14,776 bases of DNA, from assembly GCA_000388065.2 (NCBI GenBank), contig KB932202.1; one strand, given 5' to 3'. The stretch is from Fonticula alba ATCC 38817. Taxonomy: Eukaryota; Protista; Nucleariida. A program made the position numbers and the translations under genes. The notes beneath the pieces are model-generated. The model was given only the letters and a program-made list of their open reading frames with translations, did not search any database and was not told the DNA's origin. Position 1 is the first letter of the stretch. Each line of letters begins with the position of its first letter. Shown here one piece after another: positions 14,769-14,776 of the stretch.

Positions 14769-14776
14769 GTGGCGGG

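Noticed and set aside
1-14776. CRISPR arrays, tRNA, rRNA, transposase or prokaryotic operon features
   Set aside because: None seen. The repeats are simple microsatellites and the gene structures are eukaryotic.

Overview
GC-rich eukaryotic genomic window with spliceosomal introns, microsatellites and three assembly gaps (N at 2252-2541, 3985-4920, 10902-11146). I cannot identify the species from sequence alone. Three + strand housekeeping genes can be rebuilt by hand. (1) The 3' part of PAN3 (exons 65-196 and 420-2173). (2) RPN2/PSMD1, the 26S proteasome scaffold (eight visible exons, 4938-9503; exon 1 probably lies in the gap). (3) Mitochondrial processing peptidase beta (13272-13685 + 13785-14768). 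Almost all other ORFs in the track are shadows of high GC content. Two things stand out. The intron architecture is unusual: 8 of 9 donors have +4C (mostly GTGCGT) and none has +4A, the branch point-to-AG interval is often filled by CA/GCAC microsatellites, and some intron ends are complementary to the donor. The proteins also carry remodelled regions: a ~185-aa Rpn2 tail with UIM-like and LIR/AIM-like motifs (a speculative built-in proteaphagy handle), and a Pan3 knob domain whose conserved WSET loop is replaced by a 165-aa insertion. I found no support for tRNA, rRNA, CRISPR or transposase features.
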